DNA of 64,000 nucleotides from Escherichia coli (GTDB lineage Bacteria; Pseudomonadota; Gammaproteobacteria; Enterobacterales; Enterobacteriaceae): NCBI RefSeq assembly GCF_041886205.1, contig NZ_CP169031.1; one strand, 5' to 3'. Shown piece by piece: positions 10,208 to 23,717 of this stretch (position 1 is its first letter; each line of letters starts with the position of its first letter). The notes under the pieces were generated by a model. It saw only the letters and a program-made list of their open reading frames with translations, ran no database searches and was not told where the DNA came from. The position numbers and the translations under genes were made by a program.

Positions 10208-10696
10208 TCAAAACGGAATATCGTCGTCAAAGTCCATTGGAGGTTCGTTATTGGCGTTGCTCTGAGGTTTACCGCCACCACTGTATTGCTGGTGGTTTTG
10301 AGGTTGGTTTGATTGCCCCCAGCCATTTGAGGACTGTGAATCGTCACGGCGAGCGCCGATCATTTGCATGGTGCCGCCCTGGCTGACGATAATTTCCGTC
10401 GTGTAACGTTCTACACCGGCGTCATCAGTCCACTTACGGGTTTTAAGTTTCCCTTCGATGTAGACCTGAGAACCTTTTCGTAAATACTCACTCGCAATTT
10501 CAGCAAGTTTTCCGAACAAAACGACTTTATGCCATTCTGTTTGCTCTTTCTGTTGGCCCGTTTGCTTATCGCGCCATGATTCATTCGTTGCGATGCTGAG
10601 TCTTCCGACTGCGCCGCCATTTGGTATATACCTGATCTCCGGGTCTTGCCCCAGGGTACCAATCAGGATGACTTTGTTTACACCGCGTTGTGCCAC
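10208..10696 (-). CDS. ssb: single-stranded DNA-binding protein
   Basis: N-terminal OB-fold sequence typical of SSB, Gly/Gln-rich linker and acidic tail DFDDDIPF. Confidence 0.92.
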   Translation of the reverse strand: MAQRGVNKVILIGTLGQDPEIRYIPNGGAVGRLSIATNESWRDKQTGQQKEQTEWHKVVLFGKLAEIASEYLRKGSQVYIEGKLKTRKWTDDAGVERYTTEIIVSQGGTMQMIGARRDDSQSSNGWGQSNQPQNHQQYSGGGKPQSNANNEPPMDFDDDIPF

Positions 10697-10715
10697 TTTT
10701 CTTACCTAATAAAAT

Positions 10716-10732
10716 AAATTAATTAGAGCAAT
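10716..10732. promoter_or_regulatory. C1 repressor operator (16/17 match)
   Basis: aaattaattagagcaat matches the reverse complement of the ATTGCTCTAATAAATTT consensus; lies in the ssb/lyz divergent region. Confidence 0.7.
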
Positions 10733-10865
10733 AATGTATATCTTTGAAACGTGGCTAACAAGTGATTTGCATTATCCTGTGCCTTCTAAAGGGATCGAGT
10801 CAGTCGGTATTGGCTGTGAATGAGTGTTTGTCCTGGAGCGTAAAAAATTCGCTTATGAGGTCTTT

Positions 10866-11423
10866 ATGAAGGGAAAAACAGCCGCAGGAGGCGGTGCAAT
10901 TTGCGCTATCGCGGTGATGATTACCATCGTGATGGGTAATGGCAATGTGCGAACCAACCAGGCGGGGCTTGAGCTGATTGGTAACGCTGAAGGTTGCCGA
11001 CGTGATCCATACATGTGCCCGGCGGGGGTATGGACTGACGGGATCGGTAATACACACGGGGTAACGCCGGGTGTGCGAAAAACCGACCAGCAAATCGCCG
11101 CTGATTGGGAAAAGAATATCCTGATCGCTGAACGCTGTATTAATCAGCACTTCCGGGGCAAAGACATGCCCGATAATGCCTTCAGTGCAATGACAAGCGC
11201 GGCATTCAATATGGGATGCAATAGCTTACGGACCTACTACAGCAAAGCGCGAGGCATGCGAGTAGAAACGTCCATCCACAAGTGGGCGCAGAAAGGGGAA
11301 TGGGTGAATATGTGTAACCATCTCCCTGATTTCGTGAACAGTAACGGCGTGCCCCTGCGAGGTTTAAAGATTCGCCGTGAAAAAGAACGCCAGCTTTGCC
11401 TGACGGGGCTTGTCAATGAATAA
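10866..11423 (+). CDS. lyz: SAR endolysin (T4-lysozyme family)
   Basis: N-terminal Gly/Ala-rich signal-anchor-release segment (MKGKTAAGGGAICAIAVMITIVMG) followed by a T4-lysozyme-like catalytic region (ELIGNAEGCRRDPY...DGIGNTHG); 185 aa as recalled for P1 Lyz. Confidence 0.85.
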   Translation: MKGKTAAGGGAICAIAVMITIVMGNGNVRTNQAGLELIGNAEGCRRDPYMCPAGVWTDGIGNTHGVTPGVRKTDQQIAADWEKNILIAERCINQHFRGKDMPDNAFSAMTSAAFNMGCNSLRTYYSKARGMRVETSIHKWAQKGEWVNMCNHLPDFVNSNGVPLRGLKIRREKERQLCLTGLVNE

Positions 11424-11670
11424 ACTCCGGCAGCTCCGCCGACTTTCGACAATGAAGTTATCGCTGGCGGCGATAGTTTTTGACTCGATTTTCATGGCGG
11501 TATATGTGCTCAATGAGACGTGGCCACTGGAACCGCTATTGTATGCCGGGCTTCGGCTGTGCCTGACATTTTTGAGCATGGCTGCGAGATTGATGCAGCA
11601 GAAAGAAACCGCTTCAGATTGTCCACGCCGCGCGGTGCGCAAATATATGGCACGAAGGCGAAGGCGATAA
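11410..11670 (+). CDS. small membrane protein with basic C-terminus (putative lysis accessory)
   Basis: 86-aa ORF overlapping the lyz stop; hydrophobic core with Arg-rich tail; followed by a terminator. Confidence 0.3.
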   Translation: MSMNKLRQLRRLSTMKLSLAAIVFDSIFMAVYVLNETWPLEPLLYAGLRLCLTFLSMAARLMQQKETASDCPRRAVRKYMARRRRR

Positions 11671-11683
11671 TAGTTAACGAGAA

Positions 11684-11709
11684 CCCCGGCAGCTGCCGGG
11701 GTTATTTTT
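11684..11709. terminator. rho-independent terminator between convergent lyz and pro
   Basis: Hairpin ccccggcag/ctgccgggg followed by a T-run. Confidence 0.65.
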
Positions 11710-11714
11710 GGTGG

Positions 11715-14445
<2,731 letters not shown>

Positions 14446-14511
14446 TTAATTAGAATAATTCGCATCGTGTTTGAACGGAATTTAACACTAGTCACTTGTT
14501 AAGGATTACCA

Positions 14512-17500
14512 ATGAACAAGCTATCTATGGGGGTGTTTCGCTGTTCAAGTGTCAGCGAAATATTAAAATACATTAGGGCAATAACATCTCACCGAGCGCC
14601 GATTAAATACGGCGTGGAAAAGGTGGAAGGCAAAAGCTATGACCGACTGCGCCGGGAGGCGAATCAGAAGGCGATAGATTTGCTTAATTCGCTGGTGGAC
14701 GGCGCGACACTGACAGATGAACAGCGCCAGATCCTGGCTGGGTACACCGGTGAAGGCGGCATTGGCGGGTCCGTCTCCGAATATTACACACCAAAGCCGA
14801 TCGCTGAAGGTGTCTGGGAGATCATGAAGCTCTACGGCGCGGACGTAGGTAACACTCTGGAACCATCGGCGGGAACCGGCGTTTTTAATGAGACAAAGCC
14901 GGTTGGTACGGTGATGACCGCGACTGAGATCAGCAGTGTTTCCGGTCGTATAAACCAGTTGTTACACCCGGAAGACAGCGTACAGATTTCCCCGTTCGAA
15001 CAGCTGGCTGTAAGCACGCCTAACGATTCATTCGACCATGTTGTGGGTAACGTTCCGTTCGGCGGTCGTGATAACACACGCAACATCGATAAGCCTTACG
15101 CAGAAGAAACGGACATGGGTTCTTACTTCATGCTCCGCATGCTGGACAAGATAAAGCCTGGCGGATTCATGTGTGTGATTGTGCCGCCGTCCATTGTTTC
15201 AGGTTCAAACATGAAGCGGTTACGCCTGCGCCTATCACGGAAAGCTGAATTTCTTGGCGCTCACCGCTTGCCTACCGGTACTTTTGACGCAAACGGGACC
15301 AGTACAGTCGTTGATGTGGTGCTGATGCGCAAACATCCGGCAGAGATGGCTGAGAAAATCCCCCTGGTGGATGAAGGCACTCTTGAATCGGCAAATGTGC
15401 TTTGGCCAACGTTTATTTCTGGCAAGTGGTTTGAAAAGGATGGCCGCCGGTTTGTTCATGGCACCCAGGAAAAGGGCTTCCAGGGGCGTATTGAGGTTCG
15501 TGCCGACGGTCAGATTGATAACCAGGCTCTTAAAGCGAAGCTGATTCATCGTTTCGAAAGCCGTATCGACTGGTCTTTGCTCGATATGGCTGAACCGTCA
15601 CCGACCGCAGACGTTGTTGGTGAAGGGGAAATGCGCCTGATTAATGGTGTATGGCAAAAATATGCTGGTGGTCGCTGGATTGAAGCTGATGCCGGGAAGG
15701 AACTTAAGATCGATGCTGCCAGTTATGGCGCGGATAGCTGGGAGGCTCTTCAGCGTAACCTGACTACAACAGAAGGCCGTCTCGGCATGACATTTACCCA
15801 GATGGCAAATGTCCGCGATAAGTACACCACATCAATCAGCGACGATATGGTGCAGCTGGTGGACTGGATTAACAGCCAGCCTGAAAAATACCGTGAACGC
15901 TTGTATCGCGGGGCGATGATTGGCCGGATGTTAATTGAATATCAGGACATGAAGGCCGCCGGGCATAGTGCTGAACAAATCGAACAGCAGCGCCTTTCTC
16001 TGGTATCCCGTTTGCAGGCAGAGATTGACCGTTTTGGTAACCCCGGTCGCGGTCCGATAGCGAAATTGTCGGGGAGCGGTGCGCGCGCCTGGTTTGCTTT
16101 CCGTGGTGCGATTAAGCTGGATGGCACTATTTCTGACGAGCTGACAGGAAAGCTGGTTACGCATGATTCCAGCGCCAGTTATGACTACACCAGCTATCAG
16201 GACACCCTGCGTTATCTCTATAGCGATCTCACCCGCGATCCAATCCAGCTCGATGATTTCCGCCTTGCGTTTACCGGCGAACTGCCAGCCAGTGATGAAG
16301 AGTTGCTTAATTTATTGGCCAGCACCCCTGGTATTGCGGTTTCACCGTATGGCGGGATTGTTCCGTTCGCCCGCGCCACCAGCGGCGACATTAACGAGAT
16401 AGTGGCTCCAAAACAGGAATTCCTCGCCACACTCCCCGACGGTCCAGTAAAGAACAACGTCCTTAATCAGCTGGCAGCTATCGAAGAGAAGCGCATCAAG
16501 ACGCCAGCAGAGAATATCCGGTTTAAGCTCAATAGCCGTTGGTTCGACCGTTCCGTCATTCTGGAATTTTTGCAGGAAAACGGCTATCCGGATCTGCGCT
16601 ATGTGCAGTCAGTGCAGCTGGAAGGCGACGAAATGGTTTCTGACACCTATCACGGTGGTGATGGTCTGTTCGTCGGGCACCGATACGGTGTCGTCCAGCG
16701 CAAGGATAAAGAAACAGGTGAGATTCGCTACGAGTGGGACCGTAAATCAGGTGAAAACGCGACCGGGTTCCCGGCACAGCTGGAAAAGTATCTCAATGGT
16801 GCGCGTATCGGTGGCAAAGATAGCGCGACGGCGAACGGCTACCGCGAGCAGATGGCACTGCTTGAGGACCAGTTCAATAAGTGGATCAAGACGCACGATC
16901 GCTACGATGAGCTGGTTGCCAAATACAACGATGTGTTCAATAGCAATATCCCGTATGAACACTCTGGCGATCCGCTTGGGTTGAAGGGATTAAGCGGTAA
17001 GCGCCAGCCATTTGATTACCAGAATAGCGAGGTGCGCCGACTGTCCGAAGATGGGCGCGGCATCCTGGGCTTCGGCACCGGGCTGGGTAAAACCACGACC
17101 GCGCTGGCGCTTGAGGCGTTCAACTATGAGAACGGTCGCTCCACCCGTACTGCGTATGTAGTGCCTAAATCAGTGCTGGAAAACTGGTATTACGAAGCAA
17201 AAGAATTCCTGAGTGAAGAGGCATTCAGTAACTACCTGTTCGTCGGTCTTGATGTGCTGATGGATGGCGATCAGATTCGCCAGGTGCAGGTGCTCGATGA
17301 GAACGGTAAACCTGTTCTTGGTACTGATGGCACTCCAGTTATGCGCGATGCTCTTAAGCTGGCAGATGAAGCCACTATCACGGCGCGGATGAACGCGATC
17401 CCGCACTCAAATTACCGTGCAGTCGTGTTTACCAAAGAACAATACGCCCGCATTCCGCTACGTGATGACACCGTAGATGAGCATGCACAGGATATGCTTT

Positions 17501-20500
17501 ATGACTTCGTTGCCGCCGGACGCGTAGCCAGCGCAATGGACTCCGACTCCCACCGCAAAGAGGCCGCGCGTCGCCGGGTATTGTCGGAGTATTCAGATAC
17601 CGGCACCGAAAAAGCAGAGAAGTATCCGTACTTTGAGGATATGGGCTTCGATAGTGTGATCGCTGACGAAGGTCACAACTACCGCAATAGCTATAAAAAT
17701 GGTCGCGAAGCGTCACAACTGGCCTATCTGCCCACCAGCGCGGTGGCGCAATCGGCGCGAGATATGGCAATTAAAAACGCGTACCTGATGAAAAAGAATG
17801 GTGGGCGCGGGCCGGTTCTCCTGACTGCAACGCCAGTCGTTAACACCCCGATCGATGCATACAACATGCTTTCTCATGTTCTGCCGAAGGAATACTGGCA
17901 GAACATGGGGATCTACGGTCCTGATGACTTCGTTAAATTCTTCGGCAAGACCAGGCTGGAAACGGTACAGAAAATTAGCGGTGAAGTTGAAGAAAAAATG
18001 GCGCTGGTGGGCTTTGAAAACCTTGATGCGCTGCGCGGTATATTCCATCGCTGGGTAACGCTTAAAACGGCGGAAGACGTTAAGGATACCGTGGAGATCC
18101 CGGAGCTGGACGAACACCAGCAGGATGCACCACTTACTGAAGAACAACTGGCGGCGTATGAAGAATTGCGTCAGCAGGCGGAAGCGGCGGCCAAAGCCAA
18201 CAATGGCGTAACGACCTCGGTCAATGAAGACGGCGTGATTGAGCACGAGAAAGCCCGTCCGATCTTCTCAATAATCAGGGATATGGACCGCGTATGTACT
18301 GACATGGACCTGTACTATCGCCGGATCACCTATCGTTTCCTGCCGGAGTACGCCGATGCGGTGCAGCAGCTGGCGGACAGTTTGCCTAAACAAGCCACCA
18401 GCGAAGACGACGACAGTGATGATTCAATCACGCAGCAATCGCAATACTCCCTGATAGATAAGGGCGAGTTTATTCAGTTGCAGGTTCCGGAAGCGTTCGA
18501 GCAGGAAGTGAATAAGCGCCTGGCCAGGTTTGGCATTGACGAACAGACCGTAACTCACCCCGTTACGCCCAAATACGCGAAGCTGATTGCCACGCTGAAG
18601 GAGTTTTTCCCGGAAGGTAAGCAAATCATCTTCACCGATGAAAAAACGCAGCACCAGAAGCTCAAGCGCATTATCTGCAATGCTCTTAACCTTGAACCTT
18701 CAAAGGTGGGGATACTGAATGCTCAGACGGTTGCCGAGGCAGGTAAAACCGGTAAGAAACTGAAAGCGGTTAAACCGCCGAAAGAGTTACCGGATGAACC
18801 AACAGATGCACAGATAGCGAAATACAACGAGCAAATGGCTCTGTATGACGCCTATATCGCGCAGCAAAATGAAATGTCGTTGGGCGGTCTGGAAAAGATT
18901 GCAGCCGACTTCCAGGAGGGCCGGACTCCGATCATCATCTGCAACAAAAAGGCAGAGGTGGGTATCAACCTGCATCGAGGAACGACTGACATCCATCATC
19001 TGACGTTGCCATGGACTCCAGCCAGTATTGCGCAACGAAACGGTCGCGGTGCCCGAGTTGGCTCCAACCGTGCAAGCGTTCGCGTTCACTACTACTGCGG
19101 CAAGGGTTCTTTCGATGAATACCGACTGAAGACGCTGAAGCGTAAAGCAGGCTGGATCTCCGATATCCTCCGTTCAGATAAGTCAGAAATGGAGAACGCC
19201 GACGCCAACGATATGATCGAAATGCAGATGTATGCCGCTAAGGATGATGGCGAACGTCTGGCAATGATGCAGGTTCAAATGGATAAGGCGAAAGCCGCGC
19301 AACGCGCTCGCCAGAAAGAACAGGCTACTATCGACCTTCAGAACTACATCAAGGCGCAGCACGCAGCTGGTGAGGATGTGGAGGTGCTTACCGCTGAATT
19401 AGAGCGAAGCAAAGCGGAACTTGAAAAGACCACCGCCGAGGTAGCTAAATTCAAACAGGCGGCAATGGCCAAGGCAGCGGATAACGCAGACTGGAAGGCA
19501 CGCTGGGGGAGTGTCCATCACACAGACCGTATGTTGTTAGCACAGTATCGCGCGTCGTTGAAAAGCGCCATTCAGCGCAAGGCTAATATCTCTCAAGCCA
19601 TCTCCCGCTATGAGAAATTATTGAACCGTACTCAGAAGGCCGCGACGGATATCAAACGCCTGCGCCCGCTGGTGGAGGATGCATTAAATAAAGGCATTCT
19701 GGATGTTGATCCTGACCTGGTTAACCATGCGAGTGAGTTCCTTGTTATCGGCGATCGCTCATGGCGTGTAGGCCAATACTACGATTGTGCCGGTGATATC
19801 GTTCGCATTAAGTCGCTGGACTTCGACAGCCAGCGCGCAGACGTGGAGATCATCTTCACCTTCAAAGGCACCAAATCTGGTAACTGGGATGTGAAGACGC
19901 TGGATAAACAGGTTGATGTAACTCCCGATGAAGATGCTGTTATGCAGAAAATCAGTGGTGGCGTCTCCATCGCCGGGATTAACGACATCGTTTCCTGTGA
20001 CGATTTCTACCGTTTCCAGCAGCGCGGCATGATCAAAATCACTGACTCATACGGCGTTCAGACTACAGAGTCAGGCTATAGCATTGATTTTGTTGGTACC
20101 TATACGGACCCACTGAAGCATGCGGTTTACCCGGATCGCCGTGACGGCGCGCTGAAGTCGTCAATTGCAAAATGGGTGCTTGGTATGATGTCGGAAGGGA
20201 ATAACCGCCAGATCCGTTCGGCAGAAGCATTCCTGGTTGAACTGTTTGGCTCCAATTATGGCGATGTAATCGCGTCATACGGAGATACGCTATCCCCTGA
20301 AGCAATTCAGGAGAAAATAGCGGATGCGATCGCCAGAATGCCGGAGAAAACAAGCCAGGGGGCTACTCGTAACGGGGATTCTGAACTTGAAGTCACCAAT
20401 GCCATTTTCGGTACCAATGAGTTCCGGGCGTCAGATTATGAGATCACCACAGCACAGTTTGGCACCATTGGCATTTACAGCAATAAAGACGAGATCAAGC

Positions 20501-21279
20501 AGGCAATGGACGCAGCAAGCGCGCGCATTGCAGCAGAACGGAAAGTCAATCTGAATCATGCAGTCGCCGCGCTGACTCAATCGTGGGTAACAGCAATCAG
20601 GGAGGCCGCCACCACAGGGAAAATCACACCGGCAATTGCGGATGTCGTAAACGACGGCTCTAAATTTATGGATGCCTATCAAATGGATGCGGTGCAGTTG
20701 CCATCAGCCTATGGGCAACTCAGCTATCGCATGACCTACAACCTGGTATCAATGTTTACCGACCTTGCCATCCTTGGGCTGGTGGACCTTAACGAGGTTA
20801 CGCCGGAATTGCTCAGCATGCGCAAGAATCATGTGGAGATATTGCACAGAATTAACACGGTACTTGCCGGGCGCACCGATGAAGAGAAACAGGCAGACGC
20901 TGATCGGATAAACCTGGCCCTTGGCAACATCACGGAGGAAGAAATTGCCGCCAGAAACGAGAAACAAGAAGAGTTATCATCAATACAGGGTGATGCCACC
21001 AGCATAGCTCAGTCTCTTGGTCTGAATTATCGCGTATCCACCGCCGACCTGAAGATGATGTACGCACCAAAATTCGCCGCTGGCGAGGTATTTGGGCTTC
21101 AGGAAGCCTCCGGCATGAAAGGGGTTCTTTTCCGTGCGAAAGACGCAATCAAGGCGAAATTCGGCGCTCGCTGGTTGCCAGCGAAGGCGAAGAACAGCGA
21201 CTTCCCAGGTAACTGGTGGATTATCGAGACAAAACACAACGTGGCGGACGTTCTGGCCGTCATCCAACAATACGCATAA
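14512..21279 (+). CDS. darB: DarB antirestriction protein (giant methyltransferase-helicase)
   Basis: 2255 aa; N-terminal N6-adenine methyltransferase motifs (NVPFGG), central helicase motifs (GTGLGKTT, DEGHNYRN); size matches P1 DarB as recalled. Confidence 0.9.
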   Translation: MNKLSMGVFRCSSVSEILKYIRAITSHRAPIKYGVEKVEGKSYDRLRREANQKAIDLLNSLVDGATLTDEQRQILAGYTGEGGIGGSVSEYYTPKPIAEGVWEIMKLYGADVGNTLEPSAGTGVFNETKPVGTVMTATEISSVSGRINQLLHPEDSVQISPFEQLAVSTPNDSFDHVVGNVPFGGRDNTRNIDKPYAEETDMGSYFMLRMLDKIKPGGFMCVIVPPSIVSGSNMKRLRLRLSRKAEFLGAHRLPTGTFDANGTSTVVDVVLMRKHPAEMAEKIPLVDEGTLESANVLWPTFISGKWFEKDGRRFVHGTQEKGFQGRIEVRADGQIDNQALKAKLIHRFESRIDWSLLDMAEPSPTADVVGEGEMRLINGVWQKYAGGRWIEADAGKELKIDAASYGADSWEALQRNLTTTEGRLGMTFTQMANVRDKYTTSISDDMVQLVDWINSQPEKYRERLYRGAMIGRMLIEYQDMKAAGHSAEQIEQQRLSLVSRLQAEIDRFGNPGRGPIAKLSGSGARAWFAFRGAIKLDGTISDELTGKLVTHDSSASYDYTSYQDTLRYLYSDLTRDPIQLDDFRLAFTGELPASDEELLNLLASTPGIAVSPYGGIVPFARATSGDINEIVAPKQEFLATLPDGPVKNNVLNQLAAIEEKRIKTPAENIRFKLNSRWFDRSVILEFLQENGYPDLRYVQSVQLEGDEMVSDTYHGGDGLFVGHRYGVVQRKDKETGEIRYEWDRKSGENATGFPAQLEKYLNGARIGGKDSATANGYREQMALLEDQFNKWIKTHDRYDELVAKYNDVFNSNIPYEHSGDPLGLKGLSGKRQPFDYQNSEVRRLSEDGRGILGFGTGLGKTTTALALEAFNYENGRSTRTAYVVPKSVLENWYYEAKEFLSEEAFSNYLFVGLDVLMDGDQIRQVQVLDENGKPVLGTDGTPVMRDALKLADEATITARMNAIPHSNYRAVVFTKEQYARIPLRDDTVDEHAQDMLYDFVAAGRVASAMDSDSHRKEAARRRVLSEYSDTGTEKAEKYPYFEDMGFDSVIADEGHNYRNSYKNGREASQLAYLPTSAVAQSARDMAIKNAYLMKKNGGRGPVLLTATPVVNTPIDAYNMLSHVLPKEYWQNMGIYGPDDFVKFFGKTRLETVQKISGEVEEKMALVGFENLDALRGIFHRWVTLKTAEDVKDTVEIPELDEHQQDAPLTEEQLAAYEELRQQAEAAAKANNGVTTSVNEDGVIEHEKARPIFSIIRDMDRVCTDMDLYYRRITYRFLPEYADAVQQLADSLPKQATSEDDDSDDSITQQSQYSLIDKGEFIQLQVPEAFEQEVNKRLARFGIDEQTVTHPVTPKYAKLIATLKEFFPEGKQIIFTDEKTQHQKLKRIICNALNLEPSKVGILNAQTVAEAGKTGKKLKAVKPPKELPDEPTDAQIAKYNEQMALYDAYIAQQNEMSLGGLEKIAADFQEGRTPIIICNKKAEVGINLHRGTTDIHHLTLPWTPASIAQRNGRGARVGSNRASVRVHYYCGKGSFDEYRLKTLKRKAGWISDILRSDKSEMENADANDMIEMQMYAAKDDGERLAMMQVQMDKAKAAQRARQKEQATIDLQNYIKAQHAAGEDVEVLTAELERSKAELEKTTAEVAKFKQAAMAKAADNADWKARWGSVHHTDRMLLAQYRASLKSAIQRKANISQAISRYEKLLNRTQKAATDIKRLRPLVEDALNKGILDVDPDLVNHASEFLVIGDRSWRVGQYYDCAGDIVRIKSLDFDSQRADVEIIFTFKGTKSGNWDVKTLDKQVDVTPDEDAVMQKISGGVSIAGINDIVSCDDFYRFQQRGMIKITDSYGVQTTESGYSIDFVGTYTDPLKHAVYPDRRDGALKSSIAKWVLGMMSEGNNRQIRSAEAFLVELFGSNYGDVIASYGDTLSPEAIQEKIADAIARMPEKTSQGATRNGDSELEVTNAIFGTNEFRASDYEITTAQFGTIGIYSNKDEIKQAMDAASARIAAERKVNLNHAVAALTQSWVTAIREAATTGKITPAIADVVNDGSKFMDAYQMDAVQLPSAYGQLSYRMTYNLVSMFTDLAILGLVDLNEVTPELLSMRKNHVEILHRINTVLAGRTDEEKQADADRINLALGNITEEEIAARNEKQEELSSIQGDATSIAQSLGLNYRVSTADLKMMYAPKFAAGEVFGLQEASGMKGVLFRAKDAIKAKFGARWLPAKAKNSDFPGNWWIIETKHNVADVLAVIQQYA

Positions 21280-21312
21280 CAGGAGCGCCCGGTTCGCCGG
21301 GCGTCGCATAAT

Positions 21313-21753
21313 ATGGCCACACTATCTGATACAATAAAACCGAATAAAACATATCTTGAGGCGGTACTCCGTACAGCGTTGTTAGGAAAGACAGAAGACG
21401 AATACGTTGATTTCTTCCTGTCAGGGCTACGCGGGCGATTACTGAAAAATCCCCGCCTGTACCGCAGCTATGGTCCATACTGGCCGGAAATTAAAAAATT
21501 ATTACTGGAGCGCGGTTATGGTAATTTCGGTCGTCTCGTTGACCGTGACGTTCGCAAAATTTACCGTTATGACCGCCCGGCGCTAACACTCATAGCCGCG
21601 ACGCTCTATAGCCAGGAGCGTTTTGATAATGGTCAGATATACTCAGCCTGGCATTTACTGCCAGTGCCTGAAGAAGTTGACGACCAGGACTATGAGTTTG
21701 AGTCTTACGATTTGGAAGTTGAAGCCTTGGCACAGGCTGGAGAGAAAACTTGA
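21313..21753 (+). CDS. ulx: Ulx-like protein
   Basis: 146-aa ORF immediately downstream of darB; P1 synteny. Confidence 0.5.
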   Translation: MATLSDTIKPNKTYLEAVLRTALLGKTEDEYVDFFLSGLRGRLLKNPRLYRSYGPYWPEIKKLLLERGYGNFGRLVDRDVRKIYRYDRPALTLIAATLYSQERFDNGQIYSAWHLLPVPEEVDDQDYEFESYDLEVEALAQAGEKT

Positions 21754-21998
21754 AAAAGCGATACTACACAGTAAAGCATGGGACGCTACGAGCATTACAA
21801 GAGTTTGCTGACAAGCATAACGTTGAGGTGCGCAGGGAAGGGGGAAGTAAAGCTCTGCGCATGTACCGTCCGGACGGGAAATGGCGTACAGTCGTCGATT
21901 TCAAAACAAACAGTGTTCCCCAGGGCGTCCGCGACCGGGCATTCGAAGAATGGGAGCAGATCATCATAGATAATGCATTGCTTCTCAATGCTGATTGA
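21750..21998 (+). CDS. lxc: Lxc-like C1 co-repressor
   Basis: 82-aa ORF with ATGA overlap to ulx; P1 synteny. Confidence 0.5.
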   Translation: MKKRYYTVKHGTLRALQEFADKHNVEVRREGGSKALRMYRPDGKWRTVVDFKTNSVPQGVRDRAFEEWEQIIIDNALLLNAD

Positions 21999-22080
21999 GT
22001 TTTGTTGGCCCGGTTTGCACCGGGCGTTTCACAAACAATCAACTGGTTTGTAGTTCCTGCGGCGAGATGAATTATTAATA

Positions 22081-22689
22081 TTATCGTGGTGCCGATGATG
22101 CGATAGCCTGTATGATGTTATCAATATCGTTATCGTTCAGCATGAATATAGGTACACCATTAGAGTTTGCATTTTTTTCAGTGCTCATCAAACAAAGCCC
22201 CTCATACATGCCGCGAGTTTTTTTGAAATTGGCGACTGATGGAGTGGTGTAATTTCCTTTAAAGTGCATTCCGGCTGATTCATAAAAAGGAACCAAATCA
22301 GACTGGCAAATCAAAGCGACCTCATTTGGAAATGCAAGTATTTCTGCCAGTATATTACTTCCAAGTCCATTACCACGATATTGCTCATATACATATATTT
22401 TATGACAGTACAACGGAAAATTTCCCGATGGATGTCCGAAGATTAAGGCGTATCCGAACAAGTTTTCTTCATTAGTAAAGCCCATAATGCGCAAATGACC
22501 GGCTCGGTAACACTCTTCAAAAACGTTAATTATGTAGCTTCTCGCTGCTTTCAGCTCCTCTTCTGTCGGGAACATCATCAACCCCATAAGCGATGGAGTA
22601 TAGGCCAGATCCTGAAGAATCCCATTAGCTTCATTTTCGAAAATTAGCGGTAAGTGCGGTACAATTTCATTTGCCGAGGTATTAGACAT
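22081..22689 (-). CDS. GNAT-family N-acetyltransferase (accessory cargo)
   Basis: Acetyl-CoA binding motif YEQYRGNGLGSNILAEI; AT-rich flanks; lies where P1 has res/mod. Confidence 0.7.
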   Translation of the reverse strand: MSNTSANEIVPHLPLIFENEANGILQDLAYTPSLMGLMMFPTEEELKAARSYIINVFEECYRAGHLRIMGFTNEENLFGYALIFGHPSGNFPLYCHKIYVYEQYRGNGLGSNILAEILAFPNEVALICQSDLVPFYESAGMHFKGNYTTPSVANFKKTRGMYEGLCLMSTEKNANSNGVPIFMLNDNDIDNIIQAIASSAPR

Positions 22690-22887
22690 AGTATGGTGAG
22701 TCCTTTGTTTTCAAAGGACTCATGTTATCAGTGATAATCGTTTGTTGTAATAGTGTTGATAAAATAATTTTCTATTATGTAAGCAAGCTCATTTTTATGA
22801 CGGGTAATGCAAAAAAAATAGAATCAAAAAACTAAAAAATAATAATTCATGGGGTTTTACACCATCAAAAGTCCCCACTATAAATTA

Positions 22888-23529
22888 TTAGAAATAATTA
22901 TGCTTGCCTGTTAATACCCCTTTCGGCACTTTTTTTTGTTCCAGTGTCTGGGTACCCAGAATTATGTTAATAAGTGGACTTAGTAACGATGGTTCCTGGC
23001 GGGCTTCAACTTCTCCAGCCATTGCCCTGATGTAGTCGGCGCTGGCAACGTTGTTGTATTCCGTCGCAAAGCAACATAGTAATGTCAGAACATGCTCTGT
23101 CGTTATTTCGCTCCAGTTGATGTTGAAAAATTCATCGCCTTTTTTATCGTGTTCGGAATCGAAGATGCTTTGGTGGAGGATGTATTTGCCGGATTCCTTG
23201 CGCGGTAACTTGATCGCTTTCTGGCGTTCCAGCTCCTTGTAAATCTGCATTGCTTCAATCAGTACCGGCCTGCCGTTCATGAAGGGATCGCGCAACCTTA
23301 CACGCTGGCCAACTCGACCAGTAATAAAGCTGTTTTCCTCTTCCACCAGCACGATAAAACCCTTTTCCTCTTTTTCTCGCAATTCGCGCAGCAGCTGGAG
23401 TTCCATGTCGCGGCGGCGTTCAGGGTAGCTGGTCCGCTCAGCCATTATCAGCTCGTTGTTGATCCATGCAGCAGTCATTGACGCCGGTTTGCCGACGCTC
23501 ATCGAAACAACGCATATTTTCTTATCCAT
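22888..23529 (-). CDS. mat: Mat (particle maturation) protein
   Basis: P1 synteny next to ref; start set at MDKKICVV with SD AGGGG. Confidence 0.6.
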   Translation of the reverse strand: MDKKICVVSMSVGKPASMTAAWINNELIMAERTSYPERRRDMELQLLRELREKEEKGFIVLVEEENSFITGRVGQRVRLRDPFMNGRPVLIEAMQIYKELERQKAIKLPRKESGKYILHQSIFDSEHDKKGDEFFNINWSEITTEHVLTLLCCFATEYNNVASADYIRAMAGEVEARQEPSLLSPLINIILGTQTLEQKKVPKGVLTGKHNYF

Positions 23530-23717
23530 AGCGCCCCTACAAAAAAGAAAAGCCACCAGCGGCGGCTTAGCAATACAACTGAAGGTAGCGCCCGGTACTC
23601 AGACTGTGCCGTCCATGGAATATTTGAAAAGGGATCCATCCGTACCGGGCGTGTGATGATTCTGACTCAAGTCACTTGTCAGTTGTCAATCATTTAAGAT
23701 TAAAAATAATATATTTA

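Noticed and set aside
14832-21320. Numerous 60-180 aa ORFs on the minus strand inside darB
   Set aside because: They are antisense to a 2255-aa gene with clear helicase and methyltransferase motifs; these are shadow ORFs.
22008-22888. Type III res/mod genes expected from the P1 map between mat and lxc
   Set aside because: Searched for and not present; the interval holds only the GNAT gene and AT-rich non-coding DNA.
14488-23680. Shared 10-11-mer ACAAGTGACT upstream of prt and mat as a possible late-promoter (Lpa) box
   Set aside because: Only two to three loose copies; a shared 10-mer between two positions is expected many times by chance in 64 kb, and I cannot recall the P1 late-promoter consensus reliably enough to support it.
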